Virus record (IMG/VR): IMGVR_UViG_3300048574_000149
Span: 1 to 64,000 of that record
Source: a virus
Lineage: Duplodnaviria > Caudoviricetes
Strand: one strand, 5' to 3'
DNA: 64,000 nt
Under the pieces are notes generated by a model. It did no database searches. It had not been told where the DNA came from and saw only the letters and a list, made by a program, of their open reading frames with translations. The position numbers and the translations under genes are program-made. Below are positions 1-9,746 of this stretch, in pieces. Numbering within the stretch: position 1 is the first letter of the stretch; each line of letters starts with the position of its first letter.

Positions 1-65
1 GCGACCGGGTTGAAGACCACGACGCTCAGGATCCGGAGCCGATTGGTGACGATTTTGCCTGCCAT
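1..65 (-). CDS. Hypothetical protein, 5' end only (runs off the window)
   Basis: ATG at 65 reads MAGKIVTNRLRILSVVVFNPV..., open to the edge; a palindromic operator lies just upstream at 76-89. Confidence 0.5.
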   Translation of the reverse strand, partial: MAGKIVTNRLRILSVVVFNPV

Positions 66-75
66 TTTGTATTCC

Positions 76-89
76 CGTCAGAACTGACT
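76..89. promoter_or_regulatory. AGTCA-N4-TGACT operator (1 mismatch)
   Basis: CGTCA GAAC TGACT. Confidence 0.7.
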
Positions 90-90
90 G

Positions 91-270
91 TTAACCCTGC
101 CGATGCGAAGCGGCCGAGATTGCGGTGATAGTGAAGAAGGCGATCACGACCGAGGTCGCGACCAGTGCAGATTTCCAGAAGCCGAGCCCGACAAGGTCGC
201 CGATCGCGCCGCAGATTGCAGCGATGAAGGACGTGAACGCGATGGCGATGCAGGCGATGAAATAGAGCAT
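91..270 (-). CDS. Small 2-TM membrane protein (59 aa)
   Basis: Manual translation MLYFIACIAIAFTSF...; GGGAG RBS; fits the operon packing. Confidence 0.6.
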   Translation of the reverse strand: MLYFIACIAIAFTSFIAAICGAIGDLVGLGFWKSALVATSVVIAFFTITAISAASHRQG

Positions 271-283
271 CAGGTCTCCCTGT

Positions 284-463
284 TCAGTGGATGACGATCA
301 TGATGAACAGCAGCCACCAGATCCACGCCGGCGCCTTCGACATCATCAGGTGATGTTCGATGAAGTCCCGCAGGGTGAGCTCCTTCGGAAACCGAACGAA
401 GAAGATCGCCAGGGCCGCGAGCAGCAGGATCAGAATAATGATGCCAGTCACAGATGCCTCCAT
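284..463 (-). CDS. Small membrane protein
   Basis: Hydrophobic C-terminal part of track ORF 284..664, starting MEASVTGIIILILLL. Confidence 0.6.
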   Translation of the reverse strand: MEASVTGIIILILLLAALAIFFVRFPKELTLRDFIEHHLMMSKAPAWIWWLLFIMIVIH

Positions 464-975
464 GTCTTGCGCTCGCGAATGTCCGTGATCGTTTTTCTCG
501 TGATCTGTAGAGATATAGCGAGTTGAGCGAGGCTGTCTTCCGGTGCAGCCCGGATTTTCAGCACGTCCCCCGCGGTGAGCTTCGCATTGGCATTGGAGGA
601 GCCGCGGGAGGCCTTCAGGCCGGTGCCGTGCGCGTGCTTCTCCTGATCCGAGCGCGACGCCCATTCGAGATTGGTCTTGGCGTTGTTCGCCTTGACGCCA
701 TCGATGTGATTGACCTCGGGCAGATTCAGCGGGTTCGGCAGGAAGGCGATGCCAATCACCCTGTTCACCAGAACCGATTTGGAGATCCGCTCGAAGGTGA
801 GGGTGAAATAAACCCGGCCCGTCGCCTTGTGCGTGGAAAACTGGATTCGCTTATAGACGCGCTGGTTCCTAACCGTCTTGGCGTGACGATAGACCGAGCC
901 GTCCTCACGGGGCACGATGTGACGCGCCTCGATCGCGCGCTTGATCCAGGCGTCTTTATCCCAGGTATCATTCAT
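448..975 (-). CDS. HNH homing endonuclease with C-terminal helical DNA-binding tail
   Basis: VNRVIGIAFLPNP..EVNHIDGVKANN..NLEW HNH_3-type motif; AKLT...W C-terminus. Confidence 0.85.
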   Translation of the reverse strand: MNDTWDKDAWIKRAIEARHIVPREDGSVYRHAKTVRNQRVYKRIQFSTHKATGRVYFTLTFERISKSVLVNRVIGIAFLPNPLNLPEVNHIDGVKANNAKTNLEWASRSDQEKHAHGTGLKASRGSSNANAKLTAGDVLKIRAAPEDSLAQLAISLQITRKTITDIRERKTWRHL

Positions 976-1499
976 GATGACGCCCGAGCAAAACTGCCAA
1001 AGTGTTTCAAAGCTGCGGCGTCGTAAGCAGCCACAGCTTCATTTTCAGTCGCAAAGCTACCTAGAAAGATATGTTTTTGGTTTACTGTGATTTGAGCGAG
1101 ATATCGGTCTTTTCGCCGGCGAACGCCTTTTTTGCCACTAGAATTATTTGTAGGTCTATTTTTATTCGCCGCACTCTGCGATCCGGTCGCAATCCGAAGA
1201 TTGCCCCATTTGTTGTTCGATGGGTTTGTATCTTCATGGTCGACAATTCTAGTCGGCCATTTGCCGGTTACGATCGCCCAGACGATTCTATGACCTAAAC
1301 AAGGAGATCCATCGATCGATATTATGAGATATCCATCAGGTCGAATTGTTCCCGCTACATCACCCGCTTTTGCGGCTTTACAGCCGCCACGATCGATACG
1401 CCAGCGTAGTTCTCCTGTGAGAGGGTTATAGGAAAGCAACTCCTTCAATCTTTCGACCGAGGGTTCTTTTCTTACTCTCTTTCGACCAATACTGGTCAC
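972..1499 (-). CDS. HNH-AP2 homing endonuclease
   Basis: HRIVWAIVTGKWP..VDHEDTNPSNN..NLR followed by AP2-like SGKKGV...LGSFATENEAVAAYD; AT-rich. Confidence 0.9.
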   Translation of the reverse strand: MTSIGRKRVRKEPSVERLKELLSYNPLTGELRWRIDRGGCKAAKAGDVAGTIRPDGYLIISIDGSPCLGHRIVWAIVTGKWPTRIVDHEDTNPSNNKWGNLRIATGSQSAANKNRPTNNSSGKKGVRRRKDRYLAQITVNQKHIFLGSFATENEAVAAYDAAALKHFGSFARASS

Positions 1500-1660
1500 T
1501 GCGACAAAGCCATGCCAAGCAGCATCAGAAAGCCGATCCCGGCTACTGTCATCGACGCCGTAAGATGAGCGCGCCAGGGATAGAACTGGCTGATGTCGCC
1601 GGCGAGCGGAATCGCACTTACAAAACCAAAGATGAAAAGCCCAAAGCCTAGAGCGATCAT
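1496..1660 (-). CDS. Small 2-TM membrane protein (54 aa)
   Basis: Manual translation MIALGFGLFIFGFVSAIPL...; stop/start overlaps with both neighbours. Confidence 0.6.
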   Translation of the reverse strand: MIALGFGLFIFGFVSAIPLAGDISQFYPWRAHLTASMTVAGIGFLMLLGMALSQ

Positions 1661-1863
1661 TTCAGCCCTTCACGCGCCTGAATGAGAATATTGGTGATCT
1701 CGTAGGGCACGAGACCCTGGATCGTGTCGATCTGATAGCGAAGGATCTGGTCGAGCGTCTGCTTGGTGATCTGAGCCCGGCTGTAGGCGTCCCAGGCATG
1801 CTCCAGCGATTCAATCGCTTTGCGCGCCAGTTCGTCCGACAGCTCGGGCCAGGATCGCTCCAT
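1657..1863 (-). CDS. Hypothetical protein
   Basis: ORF translationally coupled to its neighbours. Confidence 0.7.
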   Translation of the reverse strand: MERSWPELSDELARKAIESLEHAWDAYSRAQITKQTLDQILRYQIDTIQGLVPYEITNILIQAREGLK

Positions 1864-2546
1864 CAGTGAACCGTGATGCCTCGCTCGGCCGCCAATTCCC
1901 GGAAGCGCGAGAGCCAGATAGTCTTGGCGATCTCCGGGGACCAGTATTGGAAGTCGAAATGCCGCGGCTTTTCCTTCGCGCGGTCATAGACCTTCTTGTC
2001 GTAATGAACCGCGTCCTCTTTCGAGGCGATATTCTGCGCCACCTCGGTATGACCGAGAATCTCGTCGGCGATACGAACTTCCTTCGGCCACGGATAGACC
2101 AGGCTGAAGCGCTCGGCGATCGCCCGCGCGATTCGATCCTCGATCTTGAGATACATGGTGCCGTAACAGGGCAGGGCCTTCATCGGCCGGATCAGGTCGC
2201 CGATGATCGATTCCGGCGAATCGTGCATCAGCGCTTCCAGCGCGAATTTCCTGGGCGTCAGGTAGGAGGCGTGAATCTCGTGCTCATTGATGGTCATGCC
2301 CATGATGGACTGGCCATTGAAGCGGTAGACGCGGGACCCGCCGACTGCCAGGTCCTCGATAAAGACCTCCTCGGGGCGTGGGTCGCAGGGGAAGAAGATG
2401 CGGCCGGAATGAGTGAAGGTGTAATGGCCGAGCCGATCCGGATAGCCTGGCGAATGAACGCCCTCCAACAGGTCTTCGAGCGACGAATCCTTGATCGCCT
2501 GATCGATCATCTTCGGGGTCAGTTCCAGTGTGATCTTGTCCAGCAT
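1863..2546 (-). CDS. HD-family 5'-deoxynucleotidase-like protein (YfdR-like)
   Basis: IEDLA..RFNG..EH...ALMHDSPE..GDLIRPMK pattern. Confidence 0.8.
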   Translation of the reverse strand: MLDKITLELTPKMIDQAIKDSSLEDLLEGVHSPGYPDRLGHYTFTHSGRIFFPCDPRPEEVFIEDLAVGGSRVYRFNGQSIMGMTINEHEIHASYLTPRKFALEALMHDSPESIIGDLIRPMKALPCYGTMYLKIEDRIARAIAERFSLVYPWPKEVRIADEILGHTEVAQNIASKEDAVHYDKKVYDRAKEKPRHFDFQYWSPEIAKTIWLSRFRELAAERGITVH

Positions 2547-2565
2547 GAAAGCTCCGCGCGCTATA

Positions 2566-2579
2566 AGTCAGTGTTGACT
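2566..2579. promoter_or_regulatory. AGTCA-N4-TGACT operator
   Basis: AGTCA GTGT TGACT next to minus-strand GCTATATT. Confidence 0.85.
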
Positions 2580-2616
2580 GACAATATAGCGCGCGCAGCG
2601 AGGGGCTTGATTGCGA

Positions 2617-3861
2617 CTAGGCCCGCTTGAGATTCTTGGCCAGGCTCTCGCGGTCCATCTTGAGCTTCTTGGCGATGGCCCGGATCGACAGGCCTTTGCC
2701 GCCCTTATGCAGCTTCACCGCCTGGGCGAGCTTCTTGGCGTAGGCCGTATTGGGCGTCATATTGGGCGCCGAATTGATCGCGGAGGCGAGATCGCCGCGC
2801 TTGGCGGCTTCGACAGCGAGATTCTTGGCGTTCTTCTTGACCTCGACGACCGAGACTGACTGCTTCTCGATCGGCTTCGGCAATGCCCGAGTAGCCTTTT
2901 TCTTCTTCGGCTTCGCTTTCTGCGCGATCGACTTGGTCGTGATCTTGGCGGCGACAGACGTATAATTCGACGCCTTCTCGCGGCCGACCTCGACCGTCTC
3001 CAGGATCCCGACGTGATTGCCAGCGATCACGTCCTGAAGGATCTTGGCGCTTTCAGGCAGATCCTCGATCTTGACGCCCGTATCGCGCAGCCGGATCGCT
3101 TCTTCCCTCGGCAGTATCGCCACGACGTGGTAGCGCGCGACGCGAATCTTGGAAGTCTCGTGCGGCACCGCAATCGCATCCGACGGTGAGAACTTGACCA
3201 GAGTGATGGCGCAGCCATCGCCGTAATAGCTCCGAATGTAGTTCTTGGAACAGATATGCAGTCCGGTGCTACAAGCGACCCTTGCCTCATCGACCTTGGA
3301 TTCGGGCATGAACACCAGCGAGCCGACCTTCTGGCGCACCTGGCGGGTGTGACAGTCGGTCATGTAGTCGTCGGCGTCCGGCGCATTGAGGATTTTGTAG
3401 CCGATCATGCTGCCATCGTCGGCGATCGGCAGATCGGTGCCTTGAAGGAACTTGAGAAGATCGTCGCTGCTGTGCTGGCGACGTTTCGCGACGACCGCGA
3501 AATTCGCCAGGAAGTTCTTGAGGGCCTTCGGATTGTTGTTATAGACCGTCTGCTCCACGATCTTGCGCAATCCTGCCCCTTTGAGCTTCTGGTTGCCCAT
3601 CTGAATCGCAACCTCGCCGTCAGGCTTGGTTTCGATCTTGATATTCGAGTTCACGCCGAGCATCTGCTCGACCTTCTTCTCCAGTGAGAACTGGGAAAGA
3701 TCGATTTCGGGATGCTCGCCGCGGCCGAGCTTCGGCATGACCGCGTCCACGATATCCTTGGTACGGTAGCTGTCCTGTGCAAAAACCTGCACCTGACCGT
3801 CTCCCAAGAACAGCGTCACGCCGTTCTTGCCGACAACGAGACCTGTGACCTTCTCAATCAT
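2617..3861 (-). CDS. rIIB: rIIB-like protein
   Basis: LPIADDGSMIGYK...CSTGLH...VAIP/KIRVARYHV rIIB-type motifs; ATGA overlap with rIIA; C-terminal HTH. Confidence 0.8.
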   Translation of the reverse strand: MIEKVTGLVVGKNGVTLFLGDGQVQVFAQDSYRTKDIVDAVMPKLGRGEHPEIDLSQFSLEKKVEQMLGVNSNIKIETKPDGEVAIQMGNQKLKGAGLRKIVEQTVYNNNPKALKNFLANFAVVAKRRQHSSDDLLKFLQGTDLPIADDGSMIGYKILNAPDADDYMTDCHTRQVRQKVGSLVFMPESKVDEARVACSTGLHICSKNYIRSYYGDGCAITLVKFSPSDAIAVPHETSKIRVARYHVVAILPREEAIRLRDTGVKIEDLPESAKILQDVIAGNHVGILETVEVGREKASNYTSVAAKITTKSIAQKAKPKKKKATRALPKPIEKQSVSVVEVKKNAKNLAVEAAKRGDLASAINSAPNMTPNTAYAKKLAQAVKLHKGGKGLSIRAIAKKLKMDRESLAKNLKRA

Positions 3862-6278
3862 GCTTTCTCCTTCTTGCGATACGATTTCAAATGACCTTCG
3901 AGAATATTTGCGAGCGCCTCGATCGAAGGTTTGTCGAGCGATCGGTCGTAGCTGCTCCGATATTCCGGACGAATGAAGCGCCAGAGCGATTCCAGATGTG
4001 CACAATCGCGGTCGCGCACGTCGCCGCCTAAAAGTGCAAAGGCCATTTCGCGCTTGCCGGGATCCTTGATCGCGTAAGCCGCATTCTCACGATGCGCCTG
4101 CAGATAGGTGTGAAACTCGAACCACTCATCCTCGTGCAAACCAAGGCTTCGATATCGGTCGCGATGGCGAATATTGAAAAACTCCAGAACGAGCTGCCAT
4201 AAGGCCAGGCGCTCGTCGCCGTCCTTTTGTTTCGGTGTCGGGAGCCCAATTGCCAGATGTGCCAGCCTTGTGTTGACGCTCATAAGTGCGATGGCGAGGC
4301 TCGTTGCCCTATCAATGCAATAGGGAACGTCGCGATGGGTTGCCATGAAGGGAATGAAGCCGTCTTCCGAAGCGTTTCGCTTCCAGGTGAACAATTTCTG
4401 GAGAAGGGCTTCTTCCAGGCTGATCGCGCCGAGCTTCTTGACTGTTTCAGCCTCGGAGAGATTGCGACACAGCACGGTCTGAGGAAAAAGCTTGAGAACC
4501 TTCTTCAGATTTTCCAGAGATCCGCGATCGATCGAAAAGACCAGATCGTTCTCAAGACCATTCCTAACCCTGCGCATGGATTTCGCAACGAAATAGACAC
4601 TCGGCTTCGCAATCTGCTTGGTTTCGTCCATCACGGCATAGACGCCGCTGCCGCAGCGATGCTGCCAGACATGCTTGAGAACGAGTTGCTGATAGGTCTC
4701 TGCCTTCGGCGCCGGCTTGACCTTCTTCTCGACCCGCTTCGGCGGGCGCATTGCGGAATAGGCGCTCGTTGAAAAGCCAAAGCGCTCGGCCGTCTTCTGC
4801 AGCGCCTCGATTTCCTCGCAGGTGATATCCTTCTTGACGATGAAGAAGCCTGCGGGCTTTTCATAGGCACTCTCGAAATCGGGACGTTGCGCGACCGAAA
4901 CGTGAGACACAATCCGGATGGAAAGGGCCGCATCCTGAAGACACAAGCCGGACAAATTGTTCTGTTTGCTGATTTTTTCCAACGCACCATGCGGTGGGCG
5001 ATACATCAGACAATCCTGAAGACCTACGGCTGATACTGCGCGCCACAGGCGCCGCAGAATATATCGGCTGCGAATTTCCCGTTCCGAGGTGTAGACCGCG
5101 TGTTTGGTCGCGACGGAATAGGCCCAGCTCGGTACGTTCTTCTTGATGCGGTGATCGTGAAACAAACGGTTCGCCGCCTTAATCAGAACCTCCTGACCGT
5201 TACTGCGCCCCAAAAGATAAAAGTGCGCAGCCACGACAGCGGTTGCCGGTCCGTAATAGGCGCCTTCAGGGGCTCGCATGGTCTTGCTGAGAAAATTTAG
5301 ACGAGTTGCTTTCTTCAGATGGTCATGAACGACACGATTCACCTCGTGCGCGGTACGACACCCGATCTGCTTGTCAGCCTTTTGAATCAGACCCTTCAGC
5401 GTCGCAATGGTCTTGGAATTGTAGTTGAGACCTTCGCGGTTCGGCATCGGGGTGATCGAGGAGGGCGGCGCGTAGAAAATGATCGCGCAATGCCCGCGGA
5501 AATGTTTGGTCTGAATTTGTCGCAAATCAGCATCGACCGCATCGTTGCTGATCGGGTACAGCACGTTGCCATAGAGCACCGAAAACGGAGTCTCGCCATG
5601 CAGCGAACCATAGCTCGCGCCATAGCCGTGCTTTTTCAGCTCGGAATAGTCGCGCCCGGAATGAAGCTCGCCGTTCAGAAGCAGCGTAATGCCGCCGGTT
5701 TTTGAGACGCGGCGGATCTTGTCGTCAAATCTGAGCCGATCCTTCGGCTCGATCGGCACCTGCACGCAAATGCCGGATTCTGTGGTCAGACCCTGCGTCA
5801 TCAGCCGCATCGAGGGAGCGCCGTCATTGACCTCCTCGTCGCCGACGGTGACGACATAGGTGTAGCGCGTGCCCTTGTGGTGATTGATGACGGTGAAATA
5901 GTCGCTGTAGGCGAAGGGAGACTTGGCGCCGAGCCCGAAGCCGCCGGTCTGGCTGTCATCGAGCTGCTTGGTCGAGCCGAAATAGGTGCAGTAGATATCC
6001 GCCATCTTCTTCGGGTCGATGCCGGCGCCGAAATCGCGCACCGAAAACTCAGCCTCGGTCAGCTTGACCTCGATCGGCCGCTCGATGCCGGCGGCGATAT
6101 GCGCGTCCTGCGCGTTACAGATGACCTCGCGAACGACGGCGAGGGGAATGTCGCTGTAGAGCCCGGCCGAGAGCAGCTTATAGGCCTGGGCCGAAGCGTG
6201 GATCTTGAACGCCTCGGCGGGCGCTGCGCCGCCGACTAGCGCGTATTTGTCGCTCGAAACTTCCGAAGAAACCTGCAT
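3858..6278 (-). CDS. rIIA: rIIA-like protein (N-terminal GHKL/Hsp90-like ATPase)
   Basis: LYSD..AVVREVICNAQDAH, VRDFGAG, STK, GGFGLGAKSPFAY; adjacent to rIIB. Confidence 0.85.
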   Translation of the reverse strand: MQVSSEVSSDKYALVGGAAPAEAFKIHASAQAYKLLSAGLYSDIPLAVVREVICNAQDAHIAAGIERPIEVKLTEAEFSVRDFGAGIDPKKMADIYCTYFGSTKQLDDSQTGGFGLGAKSPFAYSDYFTVINHHKGTRYTYVVTVGDEEVNDGAPSMRLMTQGLTTESGICVQVPIEPKDRLRFDDKIRRVSKTGGITLLLNGELHSGRDYSELKKHGYGASYGSLHGETPFSVLYGNVLYPISNDAVDADLRQIQTKHFRGHCAIIFYAPPSSITPMPNREGLNYNSKTIATLKGLIQKADKQIGCRTAHEVNRVVHDHLKKATRLNFLSKTMRAPEGAYYGPATAVVAAHFYLLGRSNGQEVLIKAANRLFHDHRIKKNVPSWAYSVATKHAVYTSEREIRSRYILRRLWRAVSAVGLQDCLMYRPPHGALEKISKQNNLSGLCLQDAALSIRIVSHVSVAQRPDFESAYEKPAGFFIVKKDITCEEIEALQKTAERFGFSTSAYSAMRPPKRVEKKVKPAPKAETYQQLVLKHVWQHRCGSGVYAVMDETKQIAKPSVYFVAKSMRRVRNGLENDLVFSIDRGSLENLKKVLKLFPQTVLCRNLSEAETVKKLGAISLEEALLQKLFTWKRNASEDGFIPFMATHRDVPYCIDRATSLAIALMSVNTRLAHLAIGLPTPKQKDGDERLALWQLVLEFFNIRHRDRYRSLGLHEDEWFEFHTYLQAHRENAAYAIKDPGKREMAFALLGGDVRDRDCAHLESLWRFIRPEYRSSYDRSLDKPSIEALANILEGHLKSYRKKEKA

Positions 6279-6306
6279 TGAAGACTGCCCCGCTGTGCTG
6301 ACAATA

Positions 6307-6320
6307 AGTCAAGACTGACT
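6307..6320. promoter_or_regulatory. AGTCA-N4-TGACT operator (rIIA)
   Basis: AGTCA AGAC TGACT overlapping the GCTATA -10. Confidence 0.85.
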
Positions 6321-6350
6321 ATAGCGAATCGCGCGAGGAAGTCGGGTGGC
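6320..6350 (-). repeat. 31-bp promoter repeat, copy 1
   Basis: 28/31 identical to 21245-21275. Confidence 0.85.
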
Positions 6351-6355
6351 ATCTT

Positions 6356-6964
6356 CTAGTTCAGCATCAATCCCTGATGTTCTTCGCGCAGGGCGCACAG
6401 GCGATCGGTGAAGAAGCGCATGGAATATTCCACACGACTTTCGTGGTCATTGGTGGTCAGGACCGCGGAGGCGAGCTGGCGATTGAGCTGGTTAGCCGCA
6501 CCCTCGATCAGAAACTGGATCCCGCGCTGATAGGAGCGGTTCGGCGGCGGCGATTTCGGATCATAGGCGTAGTCCGCGAGCGGCCGCGTGATCACGACGG
6601 CATCGAAATGCCGAGCAGTCTCGTCCAGACAACGCTGCACATAGGCATTGATCGCACGATCCTCGATCTCGCTGGTGTTGTGCATCGTGACCTCGCCCAG
6701 CATGTAGGCTGCCATGTCGAGCGGCGTGCGATCGGTGACGCAAGGCCGCGGCGCCTTGACGAAGTCCTCAATGAACCGAGACAGGATATGCTCCTGGACC
6801 TCGATCCGCTGCAGGATCGGCAGCTCGGCGACTGAGTTGACGCCGATCTCACGCGCGAGCGCCGAAACCGAAGCCTCGTGAAGATGCATCTTGCCGCGCT
6901 CGGCGATGTCCTTCGCCAGCGTGGTCTTCCCAGACCGGTGAGCTCCTGCGAGACCAAATCCCAT
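6356..6964 (-). CDS. P-loop nucleotide kinase-like / AAA_28 ATPase
   Basis: N-terminal GAHRSGKTT Walker A; VTDRTPLD motif. Confidence 0.75.
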   Translation of the reverse strand: MGFGLAGAHRSGKTTLAKDIAERGKMHLHEASVSALAREIGVNSVAELPILQRIEVQEHILSRFIEDFVKAPRPCVTDRTPLDMAAYMLGEVTMHNTSEIEDRAINAYVQRCLDETARHFDAVVITRPLADYAYDPKSPPPNRSYQRGIQFLIEGAANQLNRQLASAVLTTNDHESRVEYSMRFFTDRLCALREEHQGLMLN

Positions 6965-6965
6965 G

Positions 6966-7490
6966 TCAGAGCCCCGTGAAAGCCACTGCGCGCGGCCGCA
7001 CTGCCTGCTTGATGCCGGTCGAGCCGAAGCCGCCGGCGCCGCGCACCGTGGTGTCGAGCCACTCGACCGGTTGCAGGTTCACACGAGCGAAGGGTGCGAA
7101 CACGATCTGGGCGATCCGATCGCCGGCGCGCACCAGGAATGTCTCGTTGCCGGCGTTGTAGAGAACAACCCCGAGGGACCCGCGGTAATCGGGGTCGATG
7201 GTGCCCGGTGAGTTCAGCACATGCACACCGTTCTTGAGCGCCAGGCCAGAGCGTGAGCGGATCTGCGCTTCCAGGTGAGCGGGCAGGGCGATGGCGATAT
7301 TGGTCGGAACCAGCTTGCGCTCGCCGATCGCGATCTGAACGTCCGCGTCGGCGTGAAGATCCATGCCGGCCGAACCCGGCGTGGCATAGGTCGGCATCAC
7401 CGCGGTGTCGGACAGGCGCTTGAAACACACCTCGTTCGAGGCACGGGTCTCGCCAGGGAACAGGTTATTGAACAGGCTCAAGAGCGACAT
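6966..7490 (-). CDS. dut: Trimeric dUTPase
   Basis: Motifs [35 protein letters not shown]. Confidence 0.95.
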   Translation of the reverse strand: MSLLSLFNNLFPGETRASNEVCFKRLSDTAVMPTYATPGSAGMDLHADADVQIAIGERKLVPTNIAIALPAHLEAQIRSRSGLALKNGVHVLNSPGTIDPDYRGSLGVVLYNAGNETFLVRAGDRIAQIVFAPFARVNLQPVEWLDTTVRGAGGFGSTGIKQAVRPRAVAFTGL

Positions 7491-7758
7491 GGCGCTTTTC
7501 CTTTTGATTGAAATGAATGATCTGGGTGAGCCAGATCGCATTCATAAGGACCAGGAACACGCCGCCGACGAACGAAAACCATTGATCGAGCGACGGGTAG
7601 AAAAAACAGTTCCAGAAGCCCCAAGCGGTGAAGAACATGACCTGGGGCCAGGCGACGCCGCGCACGACCTTTTCACGGGCGAGTTTGACGATGCTGGCGA
7701 GAAGAAAGCCGCCGCCGGCAAACTCAAAGAGCCCGTTGATCAGATCAGGCGTCTGCAT
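7465..7758 (-). CDS. PQ-loop/SemiSWEET-like 3-TM membrane protein
   Basis: Three TM segments with KVVRGV..W..WGFWN..YY-like pattern. Confidence 0.55.
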   Translation of the reverse strand: MQTPDLINGLFEFAGGGFLLASIVKLAREKVVRGVAWPQVMFFTAWGFWNCFFYPSLDQWFSFVGGVFLVLMNAIWLTQIIHFNQKEKRHVALEPVQ

Positions 7759-7996
7759 CGGAGTGGTCCTTCAAGGCGTCGCGAATAAAGTCGCGCGCCG
7801 CATCGATCGCGGCTTCGTGGGTCTCGAAGGGACCGGCGAGAAACAGCTCGCTCGGATGAACCTTCTCGGATTCATCCATCGGGATCGAATAGTAGAAGCC
7901 AGGCTCGCCGAGCTGGCGGCACTCCGGCGGAGTGAGGTCGACAATGTCGAAGGGAACCTTGAGGATATCTTCCTCGGAGATTTCGGCGTCGGTCAT
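7745..7996 (-). CDS. Hypothetical acidic protein
   Basis: ORF directly downstream of the promoter/operator at 8010-8034. Confidence 0.7.
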   Translation of the reverse strand: MTDAEISEEDILKVPFDIVDLTPPECRQLGEPGFYYSIPMDESEKVHPSELFLAGPFETHEAAIDAARDFIRDALKDHSDADA

Positions 7997-8009
7997 GATT
8001 GCCTGTGTA

Positions 8010-8023
8010 AGTCAGTTATGACT
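8010..8023. promoter_or_regulatory. AGTCA-N4-TGACT operator
   Basis: AGTCA GTTA TGACT next to GCTATAAT. Confidence 0.85.
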
Positions 8024-8040
8024 GACATTATAGCGCAAAA

Positions 8041-8238
8041 TTAATTGGCTTTGCGCTGATATTGATCGCACCGCGGAAACGGCATCCGTCGCAGCTCCAC
8101 GCATTCCCAATCGGCCTTGCGCAGATACATCGACTCCGACAGAAACTGATCCTTAATCATAGCGGCAGCCGTCACGACAAAGGCGATGCCGGCGATGATC
8201 AGCACGGTATTGACCGCGGCGATAAGGGTGAGACGCAT
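8041..8238 (-). CDS. Small membrane-anchored protein
   Basis: N-terminal TM segment, two Cys. Confidence 0.6.
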   Translation of the reverse strand: MRLTLIAAVNTVLIIAGIAFVVTAAAMIKDQFLSESMYLRKADWECVELRRMPFPRCDQYQRKAN

Positions 8239-8360
8239 TAGTTCTGCTCCGCTCCGATATAGGCGATCGGCCGCAGCGGCGCCGTGACAGGCTTGCTGCT
8301 ACAGGCGAACAGCATCAGTCCGAGCGTGAAGACGCCGAACGCAACGATCCCGTTGATCAT
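8238..8360 (-). CDS. Small lipoprotein-like peptide (40 aa)
   Basis: Manual translation MINGIVAFGVFTLGLMLFACSSKP...; lipobox-like LFAC; coupled to neighbours. Confidence 0.55.
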   Translation of the reverse strand: MINGIVAFGVFTLGLMLFACSSKPVTAPLRPIAYIGAEQN

Positions 8361-8509
8361 GACATCGACCACCAGGTCATCTGATAGATGGAGAAGCCGA
8401 ACATATTGTAGTAGAGCCCGCCGGCGTCACCGAGGGCGTTCGGATCCCAGGTCTTGCTGTAATAGGGGTAACAGTGAAGCCAGCCGGGCCAGTAGAGCTG
8501 CCAGTTCAT
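8357..8509 (-). CDS. Trp/Tyr-rich small protein
   Basis: MNWQLYWPGW...; start overlaps the upstream stop. Confidence 0.55.
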   Translation of the reverse strand: MNWQLYWPGWLHCYPYYSKTWDPNALGDAGGLYYNMFGFSIYQMTWWSMS

Positions 8510-8775
8510 TTGGCAAACCACCTGCAGGGGTTGATGACTTCCTTCTCCCAGATCGGCCATTCACCGATCCAATGCAGGGTGACGGCGATAGCGAATAGAA
8601 TGCAGGCGATCATGGTGAGTGGCGGAAACCACATCAGCAGAAAGCACCAGGTCAGCGTGCCGATTGTGATTGGCTTGCAGCGCGGTTCGTGGTCCACACG
8701 CGCATCCAGCCAGCGCATCAGAAAGAACGAGACGACACCGGTGATCAACCAAAGTGGGATCAGAAGATAGGTCAC
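8506..8775 (-). CDS. Membrane protein
   Basis: GTG start overlapping the thyX stop; 2-3 TM segments. Confidence 0.6.
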   Translation of the reverse strand: MTYLLIPLWLITGVVSFFLMRWLDARVDHEPRCKPITIGTLTWCFLLMWFPPLTMIACILFAIAVTLHWIGEWPIWEKEVINPCRWFAK

Positions 8776-9746
8776 GCCACGTTCTCCAAGTTTTCGTTCG
8801 GCAGCGTCTTGCGATGTTGGATCCAACCCTTGAAATTGCCGTGCAGGTGCCAGTTGTCCCATTTCTTGACCGCTTTTCGCGCGCTCGGGCCTTCGCTGGC
8901 ATCCACTACGATGTGTTGAGTGTCCGGCGTTGCCTGATGCTCGGCCGGCGAAGCGTGAATCGGGTGTGAGCCGACGAGCTGGTCGTAAAGCGCCAGATCC
9001 GCTTTGATCGAGGGCTTGGCGCCGTCATGCGTCAGATAGGAGACGCGGGCGCAACGGGCGACAGAAACTCGCCTGGCGACATCGATCAGATCCAATTCAT
9101 GCTCGATGGCGTACTGATCCATCTGGCTCAGATCCTCAGAACCACCGATTACGTTATAAAAATCGACGTAAGGCAGGTGCCATTCGCCTGGCGCAAGCGG
9201 TTGCCAGATGCCAGTTGCCATCGCGATCGCCATGCAGCGCGCCAGCTCTTGAATCTCCGGCTGGGCGTCGGGGTGAGCGCGCAAGCCGAACCAATTCTTC
9301 CATTCGGTCGAGGTGACCAGCACATTGATGTGGGAGAACGGTTCCAGCAGACGATTGACGATCTGCTTGTGGTAGCCAGCTTCGGAGAACGCGCGGGCCA
9401 TATCGATTGCCTGATCGCGCGCGAGAAGCCACGCCGTGTGATTCTTGGCGTACCCGTATTGATCACCCCATAAGGTATCCGACAGATCAATGGTTGTCGC
9501 ACACTCCTCGTCAGCCTGCATGCCCTTCTGATTCTTGCCCCAGTGGATCGGCATCGCGGTGTCGTTGATGATGTCCTGAATGAGCCGCTCGACCGGGATC
9601 GCGCGCGAGGAGCTCGCATTGCGACTGAAAACCCGGTGCGTCATCAGCTCCGCGTGAATGAAGCGCGGATAGCGGAGTTGCATGGTGGTCAACTTGATGC
9701 CCTCGGGCGACACCGAGCCGGCAATCATCTTGGCGGAAATGGTCAT
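8772..9746 (-). CDS. thyX: Flavin-dependent thymidylate synthase (phage ThyX-like)
   Basis: ELMTHRVFSRNASSSR signature, LR..DAQPEI, ARCARVSY, HASPAEH. Confidence 0.9.
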   Translation of the reverse strand: MTISAKMIAGSVSPEGIKLTTMQLRYPRFIHAELMTHRVFSRNASSSRAIPVERLIQDIINDTAMPIHWGKNQKGMQADEECATTIDLSDTLWGDQYGYAKNHTAWLLARDQAIDMARAFSEAGYHKQIVNRLLEPFSHINVLVTSTEWKNWFGLRAHPDAQPEIQELARCMAIAMATGIWQPLAPGEWHLPYVDFYNVIGGSEDLSQMDQYAIEHELDLIDVARRVSVARCARVSYLTHDGAKPSIKADLALYDQLVGSHPIHASPAEHQATPDTQHIVVDASEGPSARKAVKKWDNWHLHGNFKGWIQHRKTLPNENLENVA

